64,000 bases of DNA. Origin: an uncultured Gemmatimonadales bacterium (GTDB taxonomy: Bacteria; Gemmatimonadota; Gemmatimonadetes; Gemmatimonadales; GWC2-71-9). The notes under the pieces are model-generated. The model was not told the DNA's origin, did not search any database, and saw only the letters and a list, made by a program, of their open reading frames with translations. Positions 45,525-55,254 of this stretch are shown one piece after another. Position 1 is the stretch's first letter; each line of letters begins with the position of its first letter. Location of the stretch: assembly GCA_963828735.1 (NCBI GenBank), contig CAWHFW010000005.1, positions 352,001 through 416,000 on the forward strand, written 5' to 3'. The translations under genes were made by a program, and so were the position numbers.

Positions 45525-46823
45525 CTAGGACGTCGGCTTCGCTCCGTCGAGCTGCGCGATGGTCTTCGTCGACGGCTCGCGCTCGCGCTGGAGCCGCGCG
45601 GCGGTCGTCTCGGCCTGGCGCAGCACGCGCAGCATATTCTGTCCCGCGAGCTTCTTGAGATCCGCGTCGCTCCATCCGCGCCGAATCAGCTCGGCGAAGA
45701 GGTTGGGGAACTTCGACACGTCCTCGAGCCCGGCCGGCGTGTAGTCCACCCCGTCGAAGTCGCTGCCGATGCCGACGTGGTCCACGCCGGCGACCTGGCG
45801 AACGTGCTCGATGTGGTCGGCCACCTGGGCGAGCGTCGCGGTGGGCGAGGGGTGGGCGGCCTCCCACTGCTCCCACTGCCGGTGCGCCTCGGTCGTGTCC
45901 GGCACCGCCGCGCGGATCGCCTTTCGGGCGGAATCGCCGGCGTCTTCCCAGCCCTTGAACTCGTTGGACACGAACGACGGGACGAACGTCACCATGACCA
46001 CGCCCCCGTTTTTCGGCAGGCGCTGCAGGATCGAATCGGGCACGTTCCGCGGATGGTCCACCAGGGCGCGTGCGGCCGAGTGGGAGAAGATGACCGGCGC
46101 TTCGGCGACGTCGAGGGCGTCGCTCATGGTGGCCGGCGAGACATGGGACAGGTCCACCAGCATGCCCATCCGGTTCATCTCGCGCACGACCTCCTTGCCG
46201 AACTCCGTGAGGCCGCCATGGCGGGCGCTGTCGAGCGCCGCATCGGCCCAGTCGAGCGTGACGTTGTGCGTCAGCGTCATGTACCGCGCGCCCAGCGCAT
46301 AGTACGCGCGCAGGGCTCCAAGCGAGTTCTCGATGGCGTGACCGCCCTCGATCCCCAGGAGCGACCCGAGCCGTTTCTGCTTGAACGCCCGCTCGATGTC
46401 GTCGGCGGTGAGCGCGAGCGAGAGCCGGTCCGGATAGTGGGCGATCATGCGCCGCGCGATGTCGAACTGCTCGAGCTGCACCCGCGCGTACCCGCTGTCC
46501 TTCATCTCGCCGTCGGTGTAGATCGACCAGAATTGGGCGCCTACCTGCCCCGTCTTGAGTCGCGCCAGATCGGTGTGCTTGGGCGACGGCTGGCGGAGGT
46601 CGTACGCGGCCACATCGAACGGGTGGTCCTTGGCCCGCCGAATCTCCCAGGGAAGATCGTTGTGCCCGTCGATGAGTGGGGTGGACCGGAGCAGCGCGTG
46701 GGCATGCGCCAACGCGGCGTCGGTCGGGGCTGGAGCGGACTGGCCGTCAACGGCGGCAGGCATGACGAGGGACCGGGTGGCAAGGGAGACGAGGAGCGGA
46801 ATTGTCGCGTACAGGGTCTTCAC
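45525..46823 (-). CDS. Membrane dipeptidase (M19)
   Basis: Motifs IDGHNDLP, IEGGH, MTLTH, DLSH, IFSHS and GIGSDFDG; signal peptide. Confidence 0.93.
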   Translation of the reverse strand: MKTLYATIPLLVSLATRSLVMPAAVDGQSAPAPTDAALAHAHALLRSTPLIDGHNDLPWEIRRAKDHPFDVAAYDLRQPSPKHTDLARLKTGQVGAQFWSIYTDGEMKDSGYARVQLEQFDIARRMIAHYPDRLSLALTADDIERAFKQKRLGSLLGIEGGHAIENSLGALRAYYALGARYMTLTHNVTLDWADAALDSARHGGLTEFGKEVVREMNRMGMLVDLSHVSPATMSDALDVAEAPVIFSHSAARALVDHPRNVPDSILQRLPKNGGVVMVTFVPSFVSNEFKGWEDAGDSARKAIRAAVPDTTEAHRQWEQWEAAHPSPTATLAQVADHIEHVRQVAGVDHVGIGSDFDGVDYTPAGLEDVSKFPNLFAELIRRGWSDADLKKLAGQNMLRVLRQAETTAARLQREREPSTKTIAQLDGAKPTS

Positions 46824-47200
46824 GCGTCACCGTTCGAATGTGAGCCGTGTGGGAGAGCGTGGCCGAGCTGAACCAGCTCGGGCCGGGAGGTGAACTCGGG
46901 ACAGATCGTCCGGTCGTACTCGTACGGGCCGCCCGTCTCGGCATCGACCCACGGGAACCCGCGGCAGACGGCGGGATAGTACGCCTCTGCGTGGATGGTG
47001 CAGACATTGTCCTTCAAGAAGACGCACCGCCCCCCGCGCACCCGCGTCCGCCACTCGCCCCAGCGCGCGCGATAAATCATCACGTCCCCATGGGCACGGG
47101 CAATGGCGGCGGCCTCGTCGTCACTCAGGGTGACACCGTAGGCGCAGCAGGACGAAAGATGAGGACAGGGGTAGCACGGGAGCGATGGAAAATCGTGCAT
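46820..47200 (-). CDS. YkgJ-family cysteine-cluster protein
   Basis: C..C....SCC, CVFL...CTIH...PAVCRGFP. Confidence 0.8.
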   Translation of the reverse strand: MHDFPSLPCYPCPHLSSCCAYGVTLSDDEAAAIARAHGDVMIYRARWGEWRTRVRGGRCVFLKDNVCTIHAEAYYPAVCRGFPWVDAETGGPYEYDRTICPEFTSRPELVQLGHALPHGSHSNGDA

Positions 47201-47356
47201 GGGGCAAAGTTAGCGTGAGGGGGGGATGCGCGGCAGGGCCGCCGACCCTCGAGTGTTGCTCCCTCCCGGTCAGCCTCGTAGCTTCTGCACGAATCGCGAT
47301 CCCTGAAGGTCTCGCCTCCCTTCCCCCGGCACGCCGACCGTCGCCACGAGGCACGC

Positions 47357-47608
47357 ATGGACGCAGGTGCCATCGGAGTCTTCATCCCGATCGCCGCCAT
47401 CCTGACATGGGGCGCCATCCGCATCGTCTCCATTCAGGCCCAGCACAAGAAGGCCGCCGATCCGGACACGACGGATCGCCTCCAGGCCCTGGAAGGAGAG
47501 GTGGGAACCCTCCGCCAGGAGCTGACCGAGACGCAGGAGCGGCTCGACTTCACCGAGCGGATGCTGTCGCAGCAGCGCCCGCCCGAGCGGCTGGATCAGG
47601 GGAGGTAG
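47357..47608 (+). CDS. Small TM plus coiled-coil protein
   Basis: GAGG RBS, N-terminal TM segment, ELTETQERLDFTERML. Confidence 0.75.
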   Translation: MDAGAIGVFIPIAAILTWGAIRIVSIQAQHKKAADPDTTDRLQALEGEVGTLRQELTETQERLDFTERMLSQQRPPERLDQGR

Positions 47609-47685
47609 GCCTCGGCTCGCGCGACGCTGGAAATCCTGCTGCCGGCAGCGCTTGCGCACTCGAGTTCCCTCCCGTCTTTCCCGAT

Positions 47686-47711
47686 GGATCCATTGGGAAC
47701 CCTGCGACGTT
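47686..47711 (+). promoter_or_regulatory. Candidate ECF-sigma promoter GGATCC-N16-CGTT
   Basis: Lies 29 nt upstream of msrA and has the same architecture as the site at 14314. Confidence 0.45.
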
Positions 47712-47740
47712 TATAGGGTGACTCGAGACGACAGGCGGAC

Positions 47741-48388
47741 ATGAGCAAGATCTCCATCCAACCCCTCCGCACGCGACTGGCCGGTCTAGGCGCGATCCTG
47801 GGCATGAGTGTGCTGGCGCTGGGCTTTGGGCCCGCTCCGGCGCAGCAGACCGCCCTCTTCGCGGGGGGATGTTTCTGGTCCATGCAGAAGGCGTTCGACG
47901 GCGTCCCCGGCGTCGCCAGCGTCACCGCGGGCTATGCGGGCGGCACGCTCAAGAACCCGACCTACGAGCAGGTCGAGACCGGGCAGACCGGTCATGCCGA
48001 GTCGGTGCAGGTGATCTACGATCCGGCCAAGATCACCTATGACAGCCTGCTCCAGGTGTACTGGCACCATATCGATCCGACGACCCCGAACCAGGCGTTC
48101 TGCGATCACGGGCCCCAGTATCGCTCGATCATCTTCTACGGGAATGGCGAGCAGAAGCGGGAGGCCGAAGCCTCGAGGGCGGCACTCGACCGTTCGGGCC
48201 GATTCCACACGCCGGTGGTCACGGCCATCCAGGCTGCGTCGCCGTTCTATGCCGCTGAGGAATACCACCAGCAGTTCTACAAGAAGAATCCGACGCACTA
48301 CGAGGCGTATCGCATCGGGTGCCGGCGGGACGAGCGGTTGAAGCAGCTCTGGGGCGAGCAGGTCGCCGCCAAGGAGGCGGCCCGATGA
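47741..48388 (+). CDS. msrA: Peptide-methionine (S)-S-oxide reductase with a signal peptide
   Basis: Motifs FAGGCFW, TGHAESV, GPQYRS and AEEYHQQFY. Confidence 0.95.
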   Translation: MSKISIQPLRTRLAGLGAILGMSVLALGFGPAPAQQTALFAGGCFWSMQKAFDGVPGVASVTAGYAGGTLKNPTYEQVETGQTGHAESVQVIYDPAKITYDSLLQVYWHHIDPTTPNQAFCDHGPQYRSIIFYGNGEQKREAEASRAALDRSGRFHTPVVTAIQAASPFYAAEEYHQQFYKKNPTHYEAYRIGCRRDERLKQLWGEQVAAKEAAR

Positions 48389-48942
48389 GAGCGCTCGCGG
48401 CCGCCGCGGCCCTGGTCCTGGTGACGGCCGGAATGGCCGCGGCACAGACACCGGTAGCCAACCCCACGCACACGACGGGATGGAACGCGATGACCTTCAA
48501 GAAGCCGACCGACGCGGAGCTCAAGCAGAAGCTGACGTCCGAGCAGTATGCCGTGACCCAGAAGGACGCCACCGAGCGCCCTTTCCACAACGCATTCTGG
48601 GACAACCACGAGGCGGGGATCTACGTGGACGTCGTCTCGGGCGAGCCGCTGTTCAGCTCACTCGACAAGTATGACTCGGGCACCGGCTGGCCGAGCTTCG
48701 TCCGGCCGCTCGAGCCGGCGAACCTTGCCACGCACAGCGACCACCAGCTCTTCGCGGAGCGGACCGAGGTGCGCTCGGCGCACGCCAACTCGCACTTGGG
48801 GCACGTGTTCGATGACGGGCCGAAGCCGACCGGATTGCGGTACTGCATGAACTCCGCGGCGCTCCGCTTCATCCCCGTGGACAAGCTCGAGGCCGAGGGG
48901 TACGGACAGTACCTGCCGTTGTTCAAGAAGGCAGGGGTCTAG
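48385..48942 (+). CDS. msrB: Peptide-methionine (R)-S-oxide reductase with a signal peptide
   Basis: Motifs [18 protein letters not shown] and RYCMNS; ATGA overlap with msrA. Confidence 0.95.
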   Translation: MRALAAAAALVLVTAGMAAAQTPVANPTHTTGWNAMTFKKPTDAELKQKLTSEQYAVTQKDATERPFHNAFWDNHEAGIYVDVVSGEPLFSSLDKYDSGTGWPSFVRPLEPANLATHSDHQLFAERTEVRSAHANSHLGHVFDDGPKPTGLRYCMNSAALRFIPVDKLEAEGYGQYLPLFKKAGV

Positions 48943-48969
48943 GCGCTCCTCCCTCCCGGCGTCACGACA

Positions 48970-49012
48970 CTCGAGACCCTCATCCGGCGAAGCTCCGGAT
49001 GAGGGTTTCGAG
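48970..49012. terminator. 18-bp stem-loop after msrB
   Basis: CTCGAGACCCTCATCCGG pairs with CCGGATGAGGGTTTCGAG. Confidence 0.65.
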
Positions 49013-49159
49013 CATTCGGGCCAGGCATTCCCGGAGACCGCCCCGGGCTAGCGGCCTCGCGCCATTGTCTTAGTGTAGCTGGCGGGCTCGTCCCCGCTCT
49101 GTCAGTCACCGCTACCACATGACCGTTATCCCGCCCGGCACACGGGTGGGGAGGGCACG

Positions 49160-49495
49160 ATGGCATACAAGGGTCCGCTCAAAGTCGGCAGTACGATCGA
49201 AGCAAAGCTGTTGCTGGATCATACGGCCTCCGGCCCGGCCTTTCTTCTGGTCGGCTACGGCCGGCGGGGCGGCTCGCCGAGCGGAGACGGCGATACCGTC
49301 GCGCCGGGAGGAACCGCGCGCGCCTCCATGGAGCTCGACGCGGCCGGCCGGCTCGAGGTCGGGGTGGACATGTCCACCAATGGCGATACGGCCGTCCTCG
49401 TGATCAGCGTGGACGGAGCGGAAACGCGGGAGAACATCCAGGGCGACACGATCTGGGCGTACGCCGTCCTCGGGGGCCGTCGAGGCCGCACGTGA
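49160..49495 (+). CDS. Hypothetical beta-rich protein
   Basis: GGAGG RBS; GTGA overlap with the next gene. Confidence 0.6.
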   Translation: MAYKGPLKVGSTIEAKLLLDHTASGPAFLLVGYGRRGGSPSGDGDTVAPGGTARASMELDAAGRLEVGVDMSTNGDTAVLVISVDGAETRENIQGDTIWAYAVLGGRRGRT

Positions 49496-50826
49496 GCCCG
49501 TCATGGAGCGGGGCGGCCTTCACGGTCTGGCTCGCCGTCGCGGCGCTGACACCGGTCGCCCTGGTGGCACAGGAGCGGGATTCGTTGTGCGCGGCAGAGC
49601 TGATCAAGGACGGCCTCACGCCGGCGGCGGCGAGCGAGGAGCCCTGCAATCAGCTGGCGCAATCGCTGGTCGAACACGTGCGGACGCCGCCGTTGCTCGA
49701 CGCCATGCTCGAGCGCGTCCCGGCGCGCGACTTCCAGTCGCGTGCCACCGGGAACGCGGGCAGCGCGGGGGCGCCGAACCAGAGCGAGGCCGTTCCCTCG
49801 GTGCAGCCGCTCGCCCTCGCGGGCGGATCGCTCGCCGCCGTCGGCTCGGACGGAGGGACGGACGCGATCGCCGCCTTCACGATCAATCCGGCGATGCTCT
49901 TCGGGATTCAGGACCCGGCGCAGGCCGCCGCGCTGAGCCGACTGCTCGACCTGAGCGTGCTCGCGCCGATCAACGACCTGGATCGCAATCAGGACGGAAA
50001 GGTGGACTACTACGGCCTCCGGGCGAGGCTCAACATCACGGGCCCGGGCGCCGGCAAGCACCTCGTGGCCGCGGTCAGGGCATTCGCGGCTCACACGCAG
50101 GAGGCGCTCGACGCGGCCACCGTCCTGGACACGGTGCTCCAGCAGACCCCGACCTTCGCGAGCTGCGTGGCCGCGCTGCGCAGGGACTCGGTGGACACCG
50201 ACCTGATGCAGAGGACTTGCGGCCGGACCCTCGATCTGGCCGACGACCCGAAGACCCTGTCCACGCTCCGGGAGCAGCTGAGCCTCGCGCGCGAAGCCGC
50301 CGACGCGAGGTACCTCGGCCTCGACCTCCGGCTCGATCAGGGCGATCCGACGCTGGGCGGCACCCCAGGAGCGGCGGGGACCGCACTGTTCGCAGGAATC
50401 GCGTACGGCCGGAAGTTCGTCGCTCGAACGACCGTGGGCCCGACCTTCGGACTCAAGGCGCGGCTCGGCGTGCAACACGTGTCGCTCGATGACGCCACGC
50501 TGGCCGAGAGCGATCGCAACAACACGGCGATCGATGGCGCGGTGGCGTTCGACTTCACGTATCCCTACGAGTTCCAGCCGCTCAAGCTGGCGGCCGGGCT
50601 CGAGTTCCGTTCCGGCGATCCGCCCGTGCCCAATGCGGACAAGGCGTTCCAGACGAATTTCCTGCAGGCCCGCCTCTCGCTCGAAGTGCCTATCACGCCG
50701 GCCAACAGCATTTCGATCGCGTTCGCCGGGCCGCTCACCGGTGAGCAGAGGCCGACGCTCACGATCAACGGCAACTGGCAGCTCCTGTTATCGGGACGAC
50801 CGGGCCTCGCCCCGTCCGCGCCCTGA
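49492..50826 (+). CDS. Secreted hypothetical protein with a possible beta-barrel C-terminal half
   Basis: Signal peptide, two Cys pairs, amphipathic strands; codon usage looks coding. Confidence 0.7.
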   Translation: MSPSWSGAAFTVWLAVAALTPVALVAQERDSLCAAELIKDGLTPAAASEEPCNQLAQSLVEHVRTPPLLDAMLERVPARDFQSRATGNAGSAGAPNQSEAVPSVQPLALAGGSLAAVGSDGGTDAIAAFTINPAMLFGIQDPAQAAALSRLLDLSVLAPINDLDRNQDGKVDYYGLRARLNITGPGAGKHLVAAVRAFAAHTQEALDAATVLDTVLQQTPTFASCVAALRRDSVDTDLMQRTCGRTLDLADDPKTLSTLREQLSLAREAADARYLGLDLRLDQGDPTLGGTPGAAGTALFAGIAYGRKFVARTTVGPTFGLKARLGVQHVSLDDATLAESDRNNTAIDGAVAFDFTYPYEFQPLKLAAGLEFRSGDPPVPNADKAFQTNFLQARLSLEVPITPANSISIAFAGPLTGEQRPTLTINGNWQLLLSGRPGLAPSAP

Positions 50827-50878
50827 CCTCGTGACGCCACTCACCGCGCCGGGCTCCGTCCGGCGCTACCCCTGAACC

Positions 50879-51850
50879 GTGACTGCCTCGAAGTCGTCGA
50901 CCCGCCGCCGCGTGCTGGGTGCCGGCGCGAGCCTGCTGCTCTTCGCGGGGGCCGTGTTCGTGCTCCACTCGGAGCTCCGCGACCATCCAGTCCGTGAGAT
51001 CATAGCCGAGCTCAGGACCTTTCCCGCGCTCCGTCTCGCGCTCTCGCTCGCCGCGACGGTGCTCGGATTCCTCGCCCTCGCGGGTTACGACGCGATCTCG
51101 CTCGCGGCGCTCGGACACCGGCTGCCGTTTCGGCGCGTGGCCATCGCGGCATTCCTCGGATATGCGTTCGCCAACTCGCTGCCGCTTTCCGTCGTGACGG
51201 GCGCCGCGGTGCGCTACCGGCTCTATTCGCAGTGGGGCATCGAGCGCGGCGACGCGGCGCGCGTGATCACCCTCAACACGGTGACGTACGTGGTCGGCCT
51301 GCTCGCGTCCGCCGGGCTGGCCTTCGCCCTGCAGCCGGTGCTCGTCCCGGGCTTTCTCCGTCTTCCGCTGCACACCGCGCGGCCGCTGGGATTCGTGTGC
51401 CTCGCCGTCGTCGCCGGATATCTCATCTGGAGCGGCCGCGAAGGCGACGACCTGAGGATCCGGCGCTGGGAGCTGCCGCGCCCGACCTTCCGGCGCGCGG
51501 TCGCCCAGATCGGGGTGTCGTTCGCCGACTGGGTGTTCTCGGGCGCGGCGCTGTACGTGCTGCTACCGCACCGGGTGCCGTTTCACGTGTTCTTCGCGGT
51601 GTTCCTGCTGGGTCAGATCGCGGGACTCATCGCGCAGGTGCCGGCCGGGCTCGGCGTGTTCGAGGCGGTCATGCTCTGGGGACTCACGCCGGCCCTCTCG
51701 ACGCCATCCGTGCTGGTCGGACTGGTGGCGTACCGGCTGGTCTACTTTCTCCTGCCCCTCGTGCTGGCGACGGGCTTCTGGGTGGCGCGCGAAGGGAACC
51801 GGTGGCTCCGGCGGAGGCGGGCCGGGACAGTGCGGCGGGCGTCGGCGTAG
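50879..51850 (+). CDS. UPF0104 / MprF N-terminal-like membrane protein (no synthase domain)
   Basis: Motifs GYD, VRYRLYS.WG, VPAGLGVFE and YRLVYFLLP. Confidence 0.85.
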   Translation: MTASKSSTRRRVLGAGASLLLFAGAVFVLHSELRDHPVREIIAELRTFPALRLALSLAATVLGFLALAGYDAISLAALGHRLPFRRVAIAAFLGYAFANSLPLSVVTGAAVRYRLYSQWGIERGDAARVITLNTVTYVVGLLASAGLAFALQPVLVPGFLRLPLHTARPLGFVCLAVVAGYLIWSGREGDDLRIRRWELPRPTFRRAVAQIGVSFADWVFSGAALYVLLPHRVPFHVFFAVFLLGQIAGLIAQVPAGLGVFEAVMLWGLTPALSTPSVLVGLVAYRLVYFLLPLVLATGFWVAREGNRWLRRRRAGTVRRASA

Positions 51851-51919
51851 AGCACGACCGCCAACTCACCTGCCCCGCAACATCAGTCTCTGTCGCTCAT
51901 CCTCCTGTGCGGCCCTTCC

Positions 51920-54010
51920 TCACCACACCCGCACCCGATCGTCCGGCGCCAGATACAGCGTCTGCCCCTTCTTCACGCCGAACGCCTTGTACCACGCATC
52001 GATATTCCGGACCGTCGACGCGCGATACTCGTACGGCGCGTGGCCGTCGGTGAGGATGGCGTTCCGCATGGTCGGCTCGCGGAGCTTGCCCCGCCAGCTC
52101 TGCGCGAAGCTGATGAAGAACTGCTGGTCACCGGTGAAGCCCTGCACCGCCGGCGCCGGCTTGCCGTGCAGCGAGCGGTGGTACGCGTCGTAGGCCGCGG
52201 TGAGGCCGGCCAGGTCCGCGATGTTCTCGCCCAGGGTCTGCTGGCCCTTGACCGCGAGGTCGGGGAACGGCTTGTAGGCGTCGTACTGTGCGACGAGCTG
52301 CTTCGAGGAGGCCTCGAAGTGCTTGAAGTCCTCCGGTGTCCACCAGTTCCGGAGGCGCCCCTTGGAGTCGAACAGGGCCCCTGAATTGTCGAAGCTGTGG
52401 CTCACCTCGTGGCCGATGATGGCCCCCATCGCGCCGTAGTCCAGGGCCAGCGGGCGCTTCGGGTCGAAGTACGGCGGCTGGAGGATCGCCGCCGGAAAGT
52501 TGAGGGCATTCATCGCCGGCAGGTTCACCGCGTTCACCAGCTGGGGATTCATCACCCACTCGCCGCGGTCCACCGGCTGGCCAAGCTTGGCGAGAGCCTG
52601 ATGGAGCTGGAACAGCCGCGCGCGCTCCGCGTTGCCGTATGCGTCGCCGACTCTCACCTCGAGCCCGGTGTAGTCCGGCCAGGAGTCGGGATACCCGACG
52701 CCGACCTTGAGCACGGCGAGCTTGGCCTTGGCCTCCGCCTTCGTCGCCGGCGACATCCAGTCGAGCCGGTCGATCCGCTCCTTGAACGCCGCGATCAGGT
52801 TCGCGACCATCGCCTGTGCGCGCGCCTTTTCCGAGGGCGGGAAATACCGTTCGGCGTAGCGCCGGCCGACCGCGAAGCCGAGCGCGGCGTTGGTGGCGCT
52901 CACGGCCCGCTTCCATCGGTCACGCGGCTTCGTGGCGCCGGTCAAGACCGGCCCGAAGAAGGAGAACGACTGCTGATACAGCGCGGCCGGCAACACGCCC
53001 GCCCGCGACTGGATGGCATGGAAGGTCAGATACGCCTTCCACGCCTCGATCGGCTCGCTCCCTACCAGCGCGGCAATGCCGGTGATCGCGCTCGGCTGCC
53101 ACGCCACGAACCGGATGGCCTTGCCGAGGCCGGCGGCCGCGAAGTAGGCGTCCCAGTCGAGGCCGGGCGCCTTGGCGGCGAAGTCGGCGCGCGCCCAGTG
53201 GTTGTTGCCCTTGGTGACGTCTCCCGATTCCTGGCGGCTCAGGTGGACGGTCGCGATCCTGGTCTCGAGATCCACGATCGTCTTGGCCTTGGCATCCGCG
53301 TCGGCCACCTTGGCGAGTCCAAGCAGCGCAGCGACGTGTTGCCGATACTTCCCGCGGATCGTCGCCATGGCCGAAGACGAGTCGACGTAATAGCTCCGGT
53401 CGGGCATGCCGAGGCCGCCCTGGAGCAGGAACGGGGAATAGTGCGTCGGATCGTCGAGGTCCTGCGCCACCCACAGGCCGAACAGGTTTTCCGTGTAGAA
53501 GTTCGTGTTGTTGAAGACGTCCACGTCCGCCCGCAGGGTCGAGCCGAGCACGCGGGCCAGGTCCTTCCGGTCCTGGATCGCGACGATCGAATCGAGCGTG
53601 GGCTTGAGCGGCGTGAGGCCCCCCGATTCGATGGAGGCGGTGTCCATGAAGCCGCTGTAGAAATCGCCGATCTTCCGCAGGTCGGAGCCCGCGGGCGCGT
53701 TGGCCTTGGTCGCCCCCTGGATCAACTCGGCCACCCGGCGGTCGGTCACATCGGTGAGGATGGCGCCGGCCGAATACGCGCTCCGGTCGGCCGGGATCTC
53801 GGTCTGCTCGAGCCATGTGCCGTTGGCGAACTCGAAGAAGTTGTTGCCCGGCTTGACCGAGCGATCCATGCCCGCCACATCCAGGCCCGGGGACCGGGGA
53901 GCAGCGGAGGTCTCTTCGGGTGTGGCTTGGGCGACGGCGAGATGGATCGGGATGGCGGTCAGAGCAGCAACGGCAAGCAGCAGACTGAAACACGGGCGAA
54001 GTCGAAGCAT
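51920..54010 (-). CDS. M13 (neprilysin/PepO) metalloendopeptidase
   Basis: Motifs VNA, FPAAILQPP, GHEVSH and GENIAD; signal peptide. Confidence 0.95.
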   Translation of the reverse strand: MLRLRPCFSLLLAVAALTAIPIHLAVAQATPEETSAAPRSPGLDVAGMDRSVKPGNNFFEFANGTWLEQTEIPADRSAYSAGAILTDVTDRRVAELIQGATKANAPAGSDLRKIGDFYSGFMDTASIESGGLTPLKPTLDSIVAIQDRKDLARVLGSTLRADVDVFNNTNFYTENLFGLWVAQDLDDPTHYSPFLLQGGLGMPDRSYYVDSSSAMATIRGKYRQHVAALLGLAKVADADAKAKTIVDLETRIATVHLSRQESGDVTKGNNHWARADFAAKAPGLDWDAYFAAAGLGKAIRFVAWQPSAITGIAALVGSEPIEAWKAYLTFHAIQSRAGVLPAALYQQSFSFFGPVLTGATKPRDRWKRAVSATNAALGFAVGRRYAERYFPPSEKARAQAMVANLIAAFKERIDRLDWMSPATKAEAKAKLAVLKVGVGYPDSWPDYTGLEVRVGDAYGNAERARLFQLHQALAKLGQPVDRGEWVMNPQLVNAVNLPAMNALNFPAAILQPPYFDPKRPLALDYGAMGAIIGHEVSHSFDNSGALFDSKGRLRNWWTPEDFKHFEASSKQLVAQYDAYKPFPDLAVKGQQTLGENIADLAGLTAAYDAYHRSLHGKPAPAVQGFTGDQQFFISFAQSWRGKLREPTMRNAILTDGHAPYEYRASTVRNIDAWYKAFGVKKGQTLYLAPDDRVRVW

Positions 54011-54184
54011 CGATATCCTCGGGTCGGTATCGTCGGGGCCAAACATAAGCGGTCCGTGGCCGGCGGGTACCGCCAGTCGCCGCGGTCGGGCGCCATCGGA
54101 CCGTCGCCGTCCTTCGCCGGAGTGACCTTGCTGATCACGGCCGCGGGCGACCCTGCTCAATCCCAACGCAGGTGCGGGTGGGGG

Positions 54185-54212
54185 TTGACAGGTGACCAAC
54201 AGGTCACATAAT
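54185..54212 (+). promoter_or_regulatory. Sigma-70 promoter containing an ArsR-type operator
   Basis: TTGACA-N16-CATAAT with the palindrome GTGACC-N4-GGTCAC (54192-54207) between the boxes. Confidence 0.8.
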
Positions 54213-54221
54213 ATGACCGCC

Positions 54222-55034
54222 ATGGATGAGGTGTTCAGAGCCTTGGCCGACCCCACCCGCCGCGGACTGCTGGACGAACTGTTCAAGCAGGATGGCCAGA
54301 CCCTCGGCGCGCTTGGGCGGCGACTGACGATGACCCGCTTCGGCGTGATGAAGCATCTGCGGGTGCTCGAGTCCGCGGGGCTGGTGGTCACGAAACGGCG
54401 GGGACGGGAGAAGCTTCACTTCCTCAATCCCGTGCCGATCCGCCTGATCCATGACCGTTGGATCGACAAATACACCGAGCCCTGGGCGGCCATGCTGAGC
54501 GGGCTCAAGCACCGGATGGAGGAGGGACGCATGGAGAAGATCTTCGAGATCTACATCAAGGCGACGCCGGAGCGGCTGTGGGACGCCATCACCGATCCCG
54601 AGATGCGGCGGAAGTACACCTTCGGCGTCGGGGTCGAGTCCGACTGGACTCCGGGCTCCCGCTACGTGGGCATTCCGCGACAGGCGCCCGAGCTCACGAT
54701 CTGCGAGGGCGAGAATCTTGAGGTCGACCCGCCGCGCCGACTCGTACAGAGCTTCCGGGCGCTCTGGAGCGACGACGTGAAGCGCGAAGGCACGTCGCGG
54801 GTGACATGGGAGATCGAGCCGATCGGCGACTCCTGCCGGCTGACCGTGACGCACGATCAGCTCCGGCCCGGCGCCAACAGCGAGCTCTACGGCGGCTGGC
54901 CGATGGTGCTGTCGGGACTCAAGACGCTGCTCGAGACCGGCGAGCTGCTCACCACGCCGGGCTCGCTGCAATATCTCGGGCCCGAGGAGGGAGGCAACGC
55001 CGGATGGCGAGGCTCGTCGCATTCACGCAGCTGA
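54222..55034 (+). CDS. ArsR-family regulator fused to an SRPBCC/AHSA1 domain
   Basis: Motifs VFRALADPTRR, KHLRVLE.AGLV, IYIKATPERLWDAITDP and GWPMVLSGLKTLLE. Confidence 0.92.
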   Translation: MDEVFRALADPTRRGLLDELFKQDGQTLGALGRRLTMTRFGVMKHLRVLESAGLVVTKRRGREKLHFLNPVPIRLIHDRWIDKYTEPWAAMLSGLKHRMEEGRMEKIFEIYIKATPERLWDAITDPEMRRKYTFGVGVESDWTPGSRYVGIPRQAPELTICEGENLEVDPPRRLVQSFRALWSDDVKREGTSRVTWEIEPIGDSCRLTVTHDQLRPGANSELYGGWPMVLSGLKTLLETGELLTTPGSLQYLGPEEGGNAGWRGSSHSRS

Positions 55035-55075
55035 GGCTGGACGGGTACTTCGCCGAAGTCTCGTGCGGCACCTGA
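55004..55075 (+). pseudogene. N-terminal relic of a dihydrofolate reductase/RibD-C family gene
   Basis: GGAGG RBS, then MARLVAFTQLRLDGYFA and a stop after 23 aa. Confidence 0.6.
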
Positions 55076-55254
55076 CCTAGGTGGTCATGAATCCGGTCGC
55101 CCTCCGCGGCGGCCGGACGTCGTTTGCGGGAGCGCAATAGGCACTTCGCCGTCTTGAAGGGCCGTTGCCCGGCATCTAGCGTGGCCCATTGTTCCCATGG
55201 GCTCCAGGGCGGTCTCGCCCGCAAGAGACCGAGAGTCGCTCGAGGCATACTTCG

